Shown: positions 1 through 10,081, counted from the first letter of the whole stretch. The stretch: DNA of 59,889 bases, filler included, from 7 parts of 7 records of this genome joined end to end with filler, not necessarily neighbours in it, one strand, 5' to 3'. Notes: generated by a model not told the origin, from the sequence alone. Numbers and translations: made by a program.

Positions 1-67
1 TTACAAGGATTTTATCCATTGCACCTTTTTGACATTTTACAAGTTTTCTTTTTAAGAATGATAACAT
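1..67 (-). CDS. 5' fragment of a small protein with a basic leader ending KG|AMDKILV; possible Flp/type IV pilin-like precursor (runs off the window edge)
   Basis: Not in the ORF track. Manual translation MLSFLKRKLVKCQKGAMDKILV..., with SD AGGAGA (complement of 72-77) just upstream of the ATG at 67. Confidence 0.45.
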   Translation of the reverse strand, partial: MLSFLKRKLVKCQKGAMDKILV

Positions 68-322
68 TTTATCTCCTTTTGTGTTTATGAAATAATTGTA
101 GCATAAAAAAATCTTTATTTTCCTAAAACTCTGCTTATTTTTGTTATTTTTACTAACCTTTATAATAAATTTTTGTTTTTTAAAAATTATTTATAGTTTT
201 AATAGAAATAAAATTCCTATTTTATGGTATTTCTATGGATTCATAAAAGTTATCTTAAAATTACTTCTTTTATTATGAATAATTTTATAAGTGTGTAAAT
301 AATAATCTGATATGATTTGTAA

Positions 323-1798
323 ATGTATAATAAAGATAAATTTAATCCCTATATTCATTTAGTAATATATATATGTTGTGCAGTTTTATATACTTATTCT
401 ATAGATATAAGTATGTTAGATGATGGTTTAAGACATATTGCATTTGCAGCAAATAAAGATGTTATGATTAGTTGGGGTAATGTATATCCCCATTCACTTT
501 TTACTGATTATGACCCTTGGTTTGGTTGGCACTTTTTATTAAAAACTATAATGCTTTTTGTGCCTTATGAAAATGTTCATCATATTGTAAACTTTTTTGC
601 ATTGTTTAGTTTTATGATTTTATCCCATAAAGTAATTGAGAAATACTCTAAATATAACTTTTCAAGTTTGTTGTATATATTGGTATTTGTATTAACTATA
701 CTTACTTCATTTAGATATGTTATGGTTAGACCCGATATGCTTTCAGGTTTTTATGTGATGAGTGCAATACTTTTATCAAATAGATTTTTCCCTGTGTTTT
801 TATTAACTTTGCTTTACATACCTTTTTATTATCTATTTTTTCTTTATACAGGTTCAATTGGATTAGTTTATTTGATACAACAAAAATATAAACTTTTTTT
901 AGGAGTATTTTTAGCTTCTGTTTTAGGTTTAGTTTTTTTCTTAGTTCATAACTTTGATTCATATATTACAAATGTAATTCAAATATTAACAGACCAATCT
1001 TTAAGAGCAGGACTTGCTGTAAGAGAGGGGTTACCTATATTTGATTTTTTAAGAGGTTTTAATTATTATATTTTAATTGCACTATTTTTTGTAGGGTGTT
1101 CATATATTATATGGAAAAAATACTCATACTTTAAAGAAAACACCTTAGCTTTATTTTTATTGGTAACTTCACTTTTATGGATAAATCAGTATAGATATTT
1201 TCATCTATTTTTACCTCTAATTTTTATATATGTATTTTTAGTTTTTGTAAATATTGATAAAAAAAGATTTTTTTATAATTTGAGAAAATACTTCACTTTA
1301 GCAAAAAAATATTTTACATACTCAAAAAACAAAAAACTTTTTTATATAATTGCAATACCTTATAGTATTGTGATGTTGAGTATTATATTTTCAGATTTTT
1401 CTTATAATAAATTGATTGAAAAAGCAAAAGCTTTTCAAGATAGCAAATATGATGGTAAAATTATACTTTATAACAAAATGAATACTGATATGTTTAGTTT
1501 ACACTATTATAATCCAAAAGTAAAAATTGTTCCAAGTTGTAGTATTGGCTGGTTTGAACAAGAAAATGAGCATATTAGAAAGATATATATTAATCTTCAA
1601 AGTTTAAGTAGTACAGTTACAGAAGAAGAGTTAAAAGAGCTTATATCATACACAAATGCAGATTATTATATACATTTTTTTAAAAATGAAAACCAAGAGT
1701 TTGATATACAAAAGTTAATATCACTTGGGATTATCCCAGAAAAGATTTATGATAATAAAATCATATTTAAAATAAAAAAGAGTTCAACAAATGAATAA
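323..1798 (+). CDS. Polytopic membrane protein, putative GT-C-fold (lipid-phosphate-sugar-dependent) glycosyltransferase
   Basis: Many TM segments; acidic motif LDDGLRH in the first loop after TM1, then DPWFGWH and RPD; soluble C-terminal domain; overlaps a GT2 gene that is followed by gtrA. Confidence 0.55.
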   Translation: MYNKDKFNPYIHLVIYICCAVLYTYSIDISMLDDGLRHIAFAANKDVMISWGNVYPHSLFTDYDPWFGWHFLLKTIMLFVPYENVHHIVNFFALFSFMILSHKVIEKYSKYNFSSLLYILVFVLTILTSFRYVMVRPDMLSGFYVMSAILLSNRFFPVFLLTLLYIPFYYLFFLYTGSIGLVYLIQQKYKLFLGVFLASVLGLVFFLVHNFDSYITNVIQILTDQSLRAGLAVREGLPIFDFLRGFNYYILIALFFVGCSYIIWKKYSYFKENTLALFLLVTSLLWINQYRYFHLFLPLIFIYVFLVFVNIDKKRFFYNLRKYFTLAKKYFTYSKNKKLFYIIAIPYSIVMLSIIFSDFSYNKLIEKAKAFQDSKYDGKIILYNKMNTDMFSLHYYNPKVKIVPSCSIGWFEQENEHIRKIYINLQSLSSTVTEEELKELISYTNADYYIHFFKNENQEFDIQKLISLGIIPEKIYDNKIIFKIKKSSTNE

Positions 1799-2726
1799 AA
1801 ACATTGCTGTTATTTTGCCTGCTTTTAATGAAGAAAAAACAATAAAAGAAACAATTCTCAGTTTTTTTTATGAACTGCCTGAATCATTAATTGTAGTTAT
1901 TGATAATAATTCATCAGATAAAACATCAAAAATTGTAAAAGATACTTTTGAAGAGTATAAAATAAATGGAAAACTTTTATTTGAAAAAAGACAAGGTAAA
2001 GGAAATGCTATAAGAAATGCTTTTAGTAGTATTGATGCTGATGTTTATGTGATGGCAGATGCTGATTTAACTTATCCTGCAAATGAAGTAAAAAAACTAA
2101 TTGAACCAATTTTAAATGAAAATATAGATATGTGTGTTGGGGATAGATTTTCAAAGGGTGATTATAAAAGGGAAAACAAAAGAGCTTTACATAATTTTGG
2201 AAATAGGTTGGTAAAAAAACTTGTAAATAAACTTTTTTATGCTGATATTATTGATATTATGAGTGGGTATAGAGCATTTAGCAAAAGGTTTATAAAAAAC
2301 TATCCAATCTTAGTAGAGGGTTTTGAACTTGAAACAGATATGACTTTACATGCTTTAGATAAAAAGTTTAATATTAAAGAGGTGACTATCACTTATAAAG
2401 ACAGACCAGAAGGAAGTTTTTCTAAACTTGATACTTTTAGTGATGGGTTTAAAGTTTTATTTACTATTTTTAAAATCTTTAGATACTACAAGCCTTTTTC
2501 ATTTTTTGGAACTTTATCTTTTATATTTGCATTTTTTTCTTTATTTTCTGCAATCCCCGTTTTTAATGATTGGTTTACTTATCAATATATATTCCATGTA
2601 CCTTTAGCAATACTTGCAACAGGCTTGGGGCTAATAAGTATAATTATGTTTGCAATTGCGCTAATTCTTGATGCAATAGCAAATCAAAATAGAAGAGAGT
2701 TTGAGCAAAGACTTTTAGATAAATGA
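1791..2726 (+). CDS. GT2 polyprenol-phosphate glycosyltransferase (DPM1/GtrB-like)
   Basis: ILPAFNEE, IDNNSSD, GKGNA, DADLTY (DxD) and DIMSGYRAF motifs; two C-terminal TM helices. Confidence 0.9.
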   Translation: MNKNIAVILPAFNEEKTIKETILSFFYELPESLIVVIDNNSSDKTSKIVKDTFEEYKINGKLLFEKRQGKGNAIRNAFSSIDADVYVMADADLTYPANEVKKLIEPILNENIDMCVGDRFSKGDYKRENKRALHNFGNRLVKKLVNKLFYADIIDIMSGYRAFSKRFIKNYPILVEGFELETDMTLHALDKKFNIKEVTITYKDRPEGSFSKLDTFSDGFKVLFTIFKIFRYYKPFSFFGTLSFIFAFFSLFSAIPVFNDWFTYQYIFHVPLAILATGLGLISIIMFAIALILDAIANQNRREFEQRLLDK

Positions 2727-3100
2727 AACAATTAATAAGATTTGCAATAGTTGGTACAATAGGATTTTGTGTAGATGCCTTGATTCTAATGCTTTTAGTA
2801 AATATTTTTAGTTTTGAAATCTATTTAGCAAGAGTGTTTTCTTTTTTGAGTGCTGTTTTTACAACTTGGATTATAAACAGAAAGTTTACTTTTGAAAAAA
2901 GCAATTTTAGTAAAAAAGTAGAATCAAGTTATTATCTTACAGTTCAAACTTTTGGAGCTTCTTTGAACTATTTAATTTTTATTTTGTTGGTTCAAAATAT
3001 AGAGCTTTTTAAAACATACTTAGTATTGCCTTTGGGAATTGCAGCACTGATTGCTATGATTTTTAATTTTTATTTTTTGAAAAAAAAGGTTTTTATTTAA
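2723..3100 (+). CDS. GtrA-family flippase
   Basis: 125 aa with 4 TMs; LIRFAIVG...NRKFTF...KKKVF pattern; ATGA overlap with the GT2 gene. Confidence 0.9.
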   Translation: MKQLIRFAIVGTIGFCVDALILMLLVNIFSFEIYLARVFSFLSAVFTTWIINRKFTFEKSNFSKKVESSYYLTVQTFGASLNYLIFILLVQNIELFKTYLVLPLGIAALIAMIFNFYFLKKKVFI

Positions 3101-3101
3101 T

Positions 3102-3485
3102 CTATTTGCTGTTTTCTTTTTCTTTAAAAATATATGAAGAAAGATAAAAACCAACAAGAGTATAAACTATACTTGCAATAACTTGTGATAGATAGATATC
3201 AAGCTTAAAAACTCTATATAAAAGCATGAGTGTAAGTAGGTTTAGTATATAAGCAACTATCATTGATAATAAAAATTTTGGAAAATCTTTTTTGTGTGAA
3301 TTTGAACTTTTGAAGTTGTATTTTTTGTTTAATATATAAGATAAAAGAAAACCAAAACCATAGCCTATAAAGTTTGCAACTTCAGGGAAGATATTTATAT
3401 ATATCAAATAAAAAATAATGGCATAACTAAAGAGTGTATTTACTAAACCTATTAATCCATAATTGAAAAACTTTCTTATCATCAA
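3102..3485 (-). CDS. GtrA-family flippase (second copy, convergent)
   Basis: 127 aa with 4 TMs; YGLIGLVNT...SYILNKKYNF pattern. Confidence 0.9.
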   Translation of the reverse strand: MMIRKFFNYGLIGLVNTLFSYAIIFYLIYINIFPEVANFIGYGFGFLLSYILNKKYNFKSSNSHKKDFPKFLLSMIVAYILNLLTLMLLYRVFKLDIYLSQVIASIVYTLVGFYLSSYIFKEKENSK

Positions 3486-3492
3486 TGTATAC

Positions 3493-4437
3493 TTATTCTA
3501 TAATCTCTTCAATAAAATATCTTGGTCTGTTTTTTGTTTCAATATACATTTTACCAATATACTCTCCAAGTATCCCTATAGATAAAAGTTGAATTCCTCC
3601 AATAAAATATATTGGTAATACAGTTGAAGCCCAACCAGGAACAGCAGAGTTTGTAAATAAAACTACATAAAATGTGTAAAGTCCCATAATTATACTTAGA
3701 ATAAAAACTAAAAAACCAGTAATTGAAATAATCCTAAGGGGAAAAGTACTAAATGAAGTAAGACCATTATAAGCAAAAGACAACATTTTTCTAAGTGGAT
3801 ATTTTGTTTCGCCAGCTAATCTTTTTTGTCTAGTGTAGTAGATAGTTGTAGATTTTAATCCTATTAGTGGAACTAATCCTCTAATAAATAGATTTATCTC
3901 TTTAAATGTATTAAAAAACTTAATTGCTTTGTTACTCATAAGTCTGTAGTCTGCATGATTATAGATAAGTTTTACCCCAATTTTATTCATAAGTTTATAG
4001 TAAAGTTCTGCACTTATTCTTTTTGAAGGTTTATCTATCTGTCTATTTGATCTTGCTGCATAAACAATTTGGTTACCATCAAGGAACTCTTTAATCATTG
4101 AGTCTAAAAGATTTATATCATCTTGCAAGTCAGCATCTAAAGAGATTAAGCAGTCACATTTGTTTTCTAAAAAGTTTATCCCTGCTAGCAGTGCATACTG
4201 ATGTCCTTGATTTTTTGATAGTTTTAAAGCTTTTGTATGGTTTTCAAAACTTTTTATTATATTCCAAGTTTTATCTAAACTTCCATCATCAACAAAAAGA
4301 ATAAAACTGGATGAATCAATCAAATCCTCTTTTTTCAAAGAAACCATCTTTTCAATAAGTTTTGAATAAGTATCTTCTAAAATCTCTTCTTCATTAAAAC
4401 AGGGAACAACAAGTGCTAGTACAGGTTTTTTTATCAT
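3493..4437 (-). CDS. GT2 bactoprenol glycosyltransferase (GtrB/YkoT/CsbB-like)
   Basis: VVPCFNEEE, VDDGSLD, LSKNQGHQ, DADLQDD, ADYRLMS, AGETKYP and GILGEYIGK motifs. Confidence 0.92.
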   Translation of the reverse strand: MIKKPVLALVVPCFNEEEILEDTYSKLIEKMVSLKKEDLIDSSSFILFVDDGSLDKTWNIIKSFENHTKALKLSKNQGHQYALLAGINFLENKCDCLISLDADLQDDINLLDSMIKEFLDGNQIVYAARSNRQIDKPSKRISAELYYKLMNKIGVKLIYNHADYRLMSNKAIKFFNTFKEINLFIRGLVPLIGLKSTTIYYTRQKRLAGETKYPLRKMLSFAYNGLTSFSTFPLRIISITGFLVFILSIIMGLYTFYVVLFTNSAVPGWASTVLPIYFIGGIQLLSIGILGEYIGKMYIETKNRPRYFIEEIIE

Positions 4438-5858
4438 TTGTTTACTTTTGCTTTTAGTATTAGAAAATCTTTTTTAGTGATTTTTTTATAATATTTATTA
4501 TAGTAACTAATTATTCTTTTATCTTTTGTAATAAAATAATCATAATAGTTAAAACTTCTATTGCCTTTTGGGAAAATTATATAATCTGGTTTATAAGTGA
4601 TTAAATCCTCATATATAGAGTTAAAAACTTTTTTTTCAATCTTTTTATTCTCTTTATTGATTAGTGCAGGCAACATAAATAAAGAAGGGTATTTTGAAGC
4701 CCAAGTTTGAGTTTTTTTAAGTAGTGGTTGCCCTTGGGCAATATCTATAGTAACTATTTGAATAACACTTCTTTTGGGCAAAGTATTTGTTAGGTTTTCT
4801 AGTTTAATATATGGATTTGTATTTATAGATAGATTAAAGTAGGGAATAAAACATATCAAAGGGAGTAAGACAATAAAGTATTTAGAGTTTGGATTAAATC
4901 TATAAAAAATAAGATGAGCTAAAAAGAGCAATGTAAAAACAAAAAATGGAAGTCTATGATAACTCCAACCTTTTTGTTGTGCTAAATATATTATAAGTGT
5001 AGAGATAACTGCTAATAAAATAGCTATGTTAGAGTATGAAAAACGATTTTTTGTAAAAGCTAGGAATAAAACAACTGATATAAAGAACAAAATTGATTCA
5101 AGATTTAAAACTAATACATCAAAGGGTTTATTAAAAAGATTAGTATAAGTTTCAATTGATAAAGGTATAACTTCATTTATATATTCAGGATAAAAATAAA
5201 AGATAACAAAAAGATAAACAAATGCACTTAAAGCTATAAGAATAGTTTCAATTCTAAAAATAGTGAATATATCTTTCTTATATAATAAAAAACATATTTC
5301 AAGACAAACAAAAAGTAAAAAGAAATGTGGCTTTAAATTGAATCCCAATACAGCAAATAAGGCTATAAAGATTTTTAAACTTTTTTGATTTGTCTTGATT
5401 TCATTTTTGTAAATCATCATTAAAACATAAGGTAATATAAAAATCACAAACAGATGTTCCCTTTCTGCAAAATTGTAGCTTATTAATAAAGTTAGAGTAA
5501 GAGCAATAAAATATAGGTAATATCTTAAGAAATTAGTATTTTTAAAATCTAAGTTAGACAAAATTTTATAAGAAAGGGTTATTGAGATTAATATTAAAAG
5601 TTCTATAAAAACAATAATACCGGTTGAGGTAGATATATTTAATAGTTTAGAAAAAAATGCAACAACAGTAAAATATATAAAAATCAAAGGTGGATTTACA
5701 TCAACAATATCCACATACATCGAAAAACCATTTATGATATTTTCTCCACTATATAATCCCCAAACTGTATCAACATTTAAACTATTGAAACTATAATAAA
5801 TAAAAGGGATTATAAAAAGAATTGAGAAATATAAAATATCAAATGGTTTAACTTTCAT
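4434..5858 (-). CDS. Polytopic membrane protein, putative GT-C-fold glycosyltransferase
   Basis: Many TMs; first-loop NVDT-W and YVDIVDVNPP motifs, then AEREH, LKPHF and QQKGWSYH; immediately upstream of gtrB-gtrA. Confidence 0.55.
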   Translation of the reverse strand: MKVKPFDILYFSILFIIPFIYYSFNSLNVDTVWGLYSGENIINGFSMYVDIVDVNPPLIFIYFTVVAFFSKLLNISTSTGIIVFIELLILISITLSYKILSNLDFKNTNFLRYYLYFIALTLTLLISYNFAEREHLFVIFILPYVLMMIYKNEIKTNQKSLKIFIALFAVLGFNLKPHFFLLFVCLEICFLLYKKDIFTIFRIETILIALSAFVYLFVIFYFYPEYINEVIPLSIETYTNLFNKPFDVLVLNLESILFFISVVLFLAFTKNRFSYSNIAILLAVISTLIIYLAQQKGWSYHRLPFFVFTLLFLAHLIFYRFNPNSKYFIVLLPLICFIPYFNLSINTNPYIKLENLTNTLPKRSVIQIVTIDIAQGQPLLKKTQTWASKYPSLFMLPALINKENKKIEKKVFNSIYEDLITYKPDYIIFPKGNRSFNYYDYFITKDKRIISYYNKYYKKITKKDFLILKAKVNK

Positions 5859-6404
5859 CTACATAAATCTTTTTAATTTCTCTACACAAAGTCCCATCGC
5901 TGTACTTTCAAAACCTTCAACACTTTTTATGTATGGTTTACAAAAACCTTCAACCATAATAGCTCCAGCTTTTCCAAAACATTCACCAGATTTAATATAC
6001 TCTTCAATATCATTTTTTTTGAATTCATCAAATTGATAAGTAGTAATAGAGATATCAATAACTTCTTTCTCTTTGCTTTTATAAATCATACAAGTTATAA
6101 CAGAGGTTTTGCTTCCACTTTGAAGATTTAACATTCTTTTTGCATCAGCTTCATCTTTTGCTTTTCTTAGAAGTTCACCATTAGAAGTTACAACTGAATC
6201 AGCAACTAATAGTGGCATATCCTCAACACCATATTTATTAAATAACTCTTTATATTTTCCAAGAGTTGCTTCATAAACGAAAGATTTTGGGTTTTGTGTT
6301 AATATAGAATCTTCATCAAAATTGCCGCCATTTTGTATAAAGTTTATGTTGTGAGTTTTTAAAATAAGTGCTCTTGTAGGAGAGTTTGAACCTAATCTAA
6401 TCAA
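5859..6404 (-). CDS. maf: Maf-family nucleoside triphosphate pyrophosphatase
   Basis: LGSNSPTR, VADSVV, LRKAKD and GKAGA motifs; TTG start. Confidence 0.9.
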   Translation of the reverse strand: MIRLGSNSPTRALILKTHNINFIQNGGNFDEDSILTQNPKSFVYEATLGKYKELFNKYGVEDMPLLVADSVVTSNGELLRKAKDEADAKRMLNLQSGSKTSVITCMIYKSKEKEVIDISITTYQFDEFKKNDIEEYIKSGECFGKAGAIMVEGFCKPYIKSVEGFESTAMGLCVEKLKRFM

Positions 6405-6601
6405 GTTTAATGACCTTTTTATTTTAGTATACTAAAAAGATATATAATAAATGATTTAAAAAAACTCCTAAAAGAATCTACTTATAGCTTTAAAGTTTAT
6501 TTACTTTATCATCATTTACTTTTTTAATCTTTTGACATAAACTCTAGATATTAAATAAATAACAAAAGTAAAATATTTATTTTGATTAGGTATAATCCCC
6601 A

Positions 6602-7885
6602 ATGCAAAAAATAAATAATTTATCAGGCTTATTAATTTTCTTATCATTTTTAGTTACACTAATAAGCTATTTTTTCAATAGCGATATTTTTGTTTTTTCT
6701 GGAATACTCGCTTGGATGGCTTTAATATTATTGTTTAATAAAACATCAAATAAAAAACTTTTAATCACTTTAATAGTTGCATCTACAACTATTTTTATAT
6801 TTAGTTATTTTAATAATTTTGTAGTAGATTTAAAAAGAGCAATAGTTGTAAATCAATACTTAATAACACTTTTAATAGGAGTTGGTTTTCTAAGACTTAT
6901 TGCTACACCAAAAAAAGAGAAAATTAAGCAACTACCAAAAGGGAAAAACTCTTTTTTTAAAACCTATTTGGGAGTACACCTTTTTGGGTCTGTTATAAAT
7001 ATGTCTGCATTAATTCTTATTGCAGATAAGTTATCAAAAAAGGTTCAACTTTCAAATCTTCAAATAATTGTTTTAACAAGAGGTTTTTCAACTGATGCTT
7101 TTTGGTCACCTTTTTTTGTAGCTTTTGCAGCAGCATCAACTTATGCACCACAGCTAAAAGCGTCTAATATGTTAGTATCTGGTTTAGTATTGGCTTTTAT
7201 AGCTTTTTTAATAACTTATGCTGAGGTGAGTAAAAAATATGATATGAAAGAGTTTCAAGGTTATCCTATGCATTTTGATACACTTTTTCTTCCTATCTTG
7301 TTAGCTATTTTGGTTTTGGCAACAAACCATTATTATCCAAAATTTAAAGTTATCATACTTATTGCACTTTTTTCAATTGTATTAACAAGTATTATTTTAC
7401 CTCTTAAAATAGGTATAAAAGAAGCAATAAAAAAACTAAATTTGCATGTTGTAAACGAACTTCCAAAAATGAAAGGGGAGTTGGCTTTATTTTTAATAGC
7501 AGGGATGTTTGGAGTAAGCGTAAGTACTCTTTTAGTTGGATTTAATATCGATTTCCCTTTTGAGGTTTTTAACTTTGTATCCGCTGCAATTATGCTATTT
7601 GTGATAATTGCATTATCATATATAGGGATTCATCCAATTATTTCTATAGCTATAATTGGAGGTTGGACAGCTGATATAAATCATACTTTATTAGCTACAA
7701 CTTTTGTTATGTCGTGGGGGATTTCTGTTGCAACTTCACCTTTTAGTGGAGTAAACTTAACTATGCAAGCAAGATATAATTTAAAAGCAAAAGATATATT
7801 TATTATGAATTTTCCTTATGCATTAAAAATGTACGGCTTTTGTGTTATAATCCTCTTTGCCTTATCAAAACACTTAGGAGTTTAA
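6602..7885 (+). CDS. Multi-pass membrane protein, putative permease
   Basis: About 12 hydrophobic segments; WSPFF and GIHPII motifs; no family identified with certainty. Confidence 0.6.
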   Translation: MQKINNLSGLLIFLSFLVTLISYFFNSDIFVFSGILAWMALILLFNKTSNKKLLITLIVASTTIFIFSYFNNFVVDLKRAIVVNQYLITLLIGVGFLRLIATPKKEKIKQLPKGKNSFFKTYLGVHLFGSVINMSALILIADKLSKKVQLSNLQIIVLTRGFSTDAFWSPFFVAFAAASTYAPQLKASNMLVSGLVLAFIAFLITYAEVSKKYDMKEFQGYPMHFDTLFLPILLAILVLATNHYYPKFKVIILIALFSIVLTSIILPLKIGIKEAIKKLNLHVVNELPKMKGELALFLIAGMFGVSVSTLLVGFNIDFPFEVFNFVSAAIMLFVIIALSYIGIHPIISIAIIGGWTADINHTLLATTFVMSWGISVATSPFSGVNLTMQARYNLKAKDIFIMNFPYALKMYGFCVIILFALSKHLGV

Positions 7886-8812
7886 TTGAATATTTTATTA
7901 ATAATACTTGGAAAAATTTTCCCTTTATATATCACAATACTAGCAGGTTATATTATTACAAGATTTACAAAAGTAAAAAGAGAACAAATTGCATTTTTAT
8001 TAGTTTATATTTTGGGTCCTGTTGTAATCTTCTTTGCCGTTTTATCTATTGAGATAAATATGCAATTAGTTTTTTTACCTTTATTTATTTATGCTTTTGG
8101 TTCTGCAATTGCATTTTATATTTTAAAAAAGTATAAAACACAATGGAATGATGCAAGTGTTAATACTCTTGCTTTTACCTGTGGTACTGGAAATACTGGA
8201 TACTTTGGGATTCCATTAGCTATGATTTTGTTAGAGCCAAATGCTGCTAACATTTTTATTTTTGCTACATTAGCTTCTTTGTTATATGAAAATACAACAG
8301 GGTTTTATGTAACTGCGAAGGGAACTTTTACAGCAAGACAATCTATAATGAAAATTATAAAACTTCCTTTACTTTATGCATTTATAGCTGGGCTGGTTTT
8401 TAATATAGTAGGATTTAGAACGCCAGAATTTATTGTACCTTATTTTGAAAACTTTAAATGGGCTTATGGTTTGCTTGGAATGATGATGTTAGGCATGGGG
8501 ATGAAAGGTTTTAACCTTAATGAAGATTTTGATAAAAAATATATAAAAATTTCTTATTTCTATAAGTTTATTTTTTGGCCAGCAGTTGTATTGGGATTAA
8601 TATTTTTAGATAAGATGTTATTTAATTTCTTAAATGAAGAGATTTATAGAGTTATGTTTTTATTCTCAATTGTTCCACTAGCAGGGAATACTGTAACCTT
8701 AGCCGTATTATTAAAAGCAAAACCTGAGAAAGCATCATTTACAGTACTTCTATCTGCATTGATTTCAATAGTGTATATTCCTGTTGTATTAGCTTTATAT
8801 GGAGGATTTTAG
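7886..8812 (+). CDS. AEC (auxin efflux carrier-like) family transporter
   Basis: About 10 TMs with the GNTGYFGIPL signature; SD AGGAG before the TTG start. Confidence 0.88.
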   Translation: MNILLIILGKIFPLYITILAGYIITRFTKVKREQIAFLLVYILGPVVIFFAVLSIEINMQLVFLPLFIYAFGSAIAFYILKKYKTQWNDASVNTLAFTCGTGNTGYFGIPLAMILLEPNAANIFIFATLASLLYENTTGFYVTAKGTFTARQSIMKIIKLPLLYAFIAGLVFNIVGFRTPEFIVPYFENFKWAYGLLGMMMLGMGMKGFNLNEDFDKKYIKISYFYKFIFWPAVVLGLIFLDKMLFNFLNEEIYRVMFLFSIVPLAGNTVTLAVLLKAKPEKASFTVLLSALISIVYIPVVLALYGGF

Positions 8813-9327
8813 TAAATTATTCTTTTAATCTTCCAAAAACTATCTTGGTAGTATTGTGTATCTAAGTGTGAAATAGTAACGCCATATCTTGTAGATGCAT
8901 GTAAAAATTTTCCACTTCCAAGATATATTCCAACATGTCTTGTATCAAATCCAGTTTTAAAGAAAATCAAATCTCCAATCTCTATTTCAGTCATATCAAC
9001 CTCTTTCCCAACTTTTGCTTGGTATTTTGTAGTTCGTGGGATTTTTATATGAAGTTTTGTTTTATAAGTGTTTTGTACAAAAGCAGAACAATCTATACCT
9101 TTTTTAGTGTTTCCTCCATATCTATACTTTACACCTTTCCACTCTTTATATTGTGTATATAAAGAATCATAAAGTTTGTTGTAGTCAATATTTTTATTGA
9201 TTTGATAATTAGTAGATTTTAAAGGAAAAGTTTTGTTGTAGTTAAAACTATCTCTTTTATAGACACTCTTAGTACTACACCCTAAAAACATAAAAGCTAA
9301 AAGTAGGGGTAGTACTAGATATTTCAT
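8809..9327 (-). CDS. NlpC/P60 cell-wall endopeptidase lipoprotein (Spr/MepS-like)
   Basis: Lipobox FLGC; Y-YGG, GIDCSAF (catalytic Cys), GDLIFF, HVGIY and FLHAS. Confidence 0.92.
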   Translation of the reverse strand: MKYLVLPLLLAFMFLGCSTKSVYKRDSFNYNKTFPLKSTNYQINKNIDYNKLYDSLYTQYKEWKGVKYRYGGNTKKGIDCSAFVQNTYKTKLHIKIPRTTKYQAKVGKEVDMTEIEIGDLIFFKTGFDTRHVGIYLGSGKFLHASTRYGVTISHLDTQYYQDSFWKIKRIIY

Positions 9328-9328
9328 T

Positions 9329-9808
9329 TTAGAAACCTCTTAAAGTGATACCTAGATAAATAGCAATTAAACCTAATACTATATTGATTGGGATTAGATA
9401 TTTAGCTATTGGAAGAAGCTTAGCTTTTGCAAAAGTAAGATTTCCTTCATCAAAAGCTTTTTGTGCTTGTTTTCTTTTTATAAAAATTACAATAAATATA
9501 ATTGTCATTATAGTCCATACAGACTCTTTAGCAATTACAAAAGGATAAAGGTTTGTTCCTTTAAATCCTAATGCTAAAATCATTATAATTGCAGTTAAAA
9601 GTAAAATTATAATTGATGGGATAACCATATTGAAAAATCTTCTAAGAGATTCTAGTGTTCTTCCTAGTTTTATTTTTGGGTCATCAATATCTTGCATAGA
9701 GTAATGAACTGTAAATCTAATTGCAATCATTCCTCCTACCCAGATTATTGCACTTAATACATGCAAAAAAACTATTAATCCAGAAAAGTTACTGAAAAGA
9801 GTTTCCAT
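9329..9808 (-). CDS. CopD-like 4-TM membrane protein
   Basis: LHVLSAIIWVGGM N-terminal motif; four hydrophobic helices. Confidence 0.6.
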   Translation of the reverse strand: METLFSNFSGLIVFLHVLSAIIWVGGMIAIRFTVHYSMQDIDDPKIKLGRTLESLRRFFNMVIPSIIILLLTAIIMILALGFKGTNLYPFVIAKESVWTIMTIIFIVIFIKRKQAQKAFDEGNLTFAKAKLLPIAKYLIPINIVLGLIAIYLGITLRGF

Positions 9809-9899
9809 TTATTGTAGGTTTTCCTTTACAAAGTTAAGTGCAACCTCTTTAGCCTCTTCGATTTTTGTTACATCTTTTCCACCTGCTTGTGCGAAGTCT
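9809..9899 (-). CDS. alaS: Alanine--tRNA ligase, C-terminal end only
   Basis: Manual translation DFAQAGGKDVTKIEEAKEVALNFVKENLQ*, the DHHA1 tail typical of AlaRS; truncated by the spacer. Confidence 0.85.
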
Positions 9900-9999
9900 N
9901 NNNNNNNNNNNNNNNNNNNNNNNNNNNNNNNNNNNNNNNNNNNTTAATTAATTAANNNNNNNNNNNNNNNNNNNNNNNNNNNNNNNNNNNNNNNNNNNN
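9900..9999. other. Artificial contig spacer
   Basis: 44 N + TTAATTAATTAA (stops in all six frames) + 44 N; composition changes across it. Confidence 0.99.
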
Positions 10000-10081
10000 G
10001 AACCACAATTGATTCGTTAATTGAAGGTTGCTTTCGATTTTTTTGTGAGCTTTTAAAGTCACTGTGGTACATTCGATACTT

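Noticed and set aside
9944-9955. TTAATTAATTAA recurring six times, as a biological repeat or CRISPR-like unit
   Set aside because: Always centred in 88 Ns; it is a synthetic six-frame stop linker
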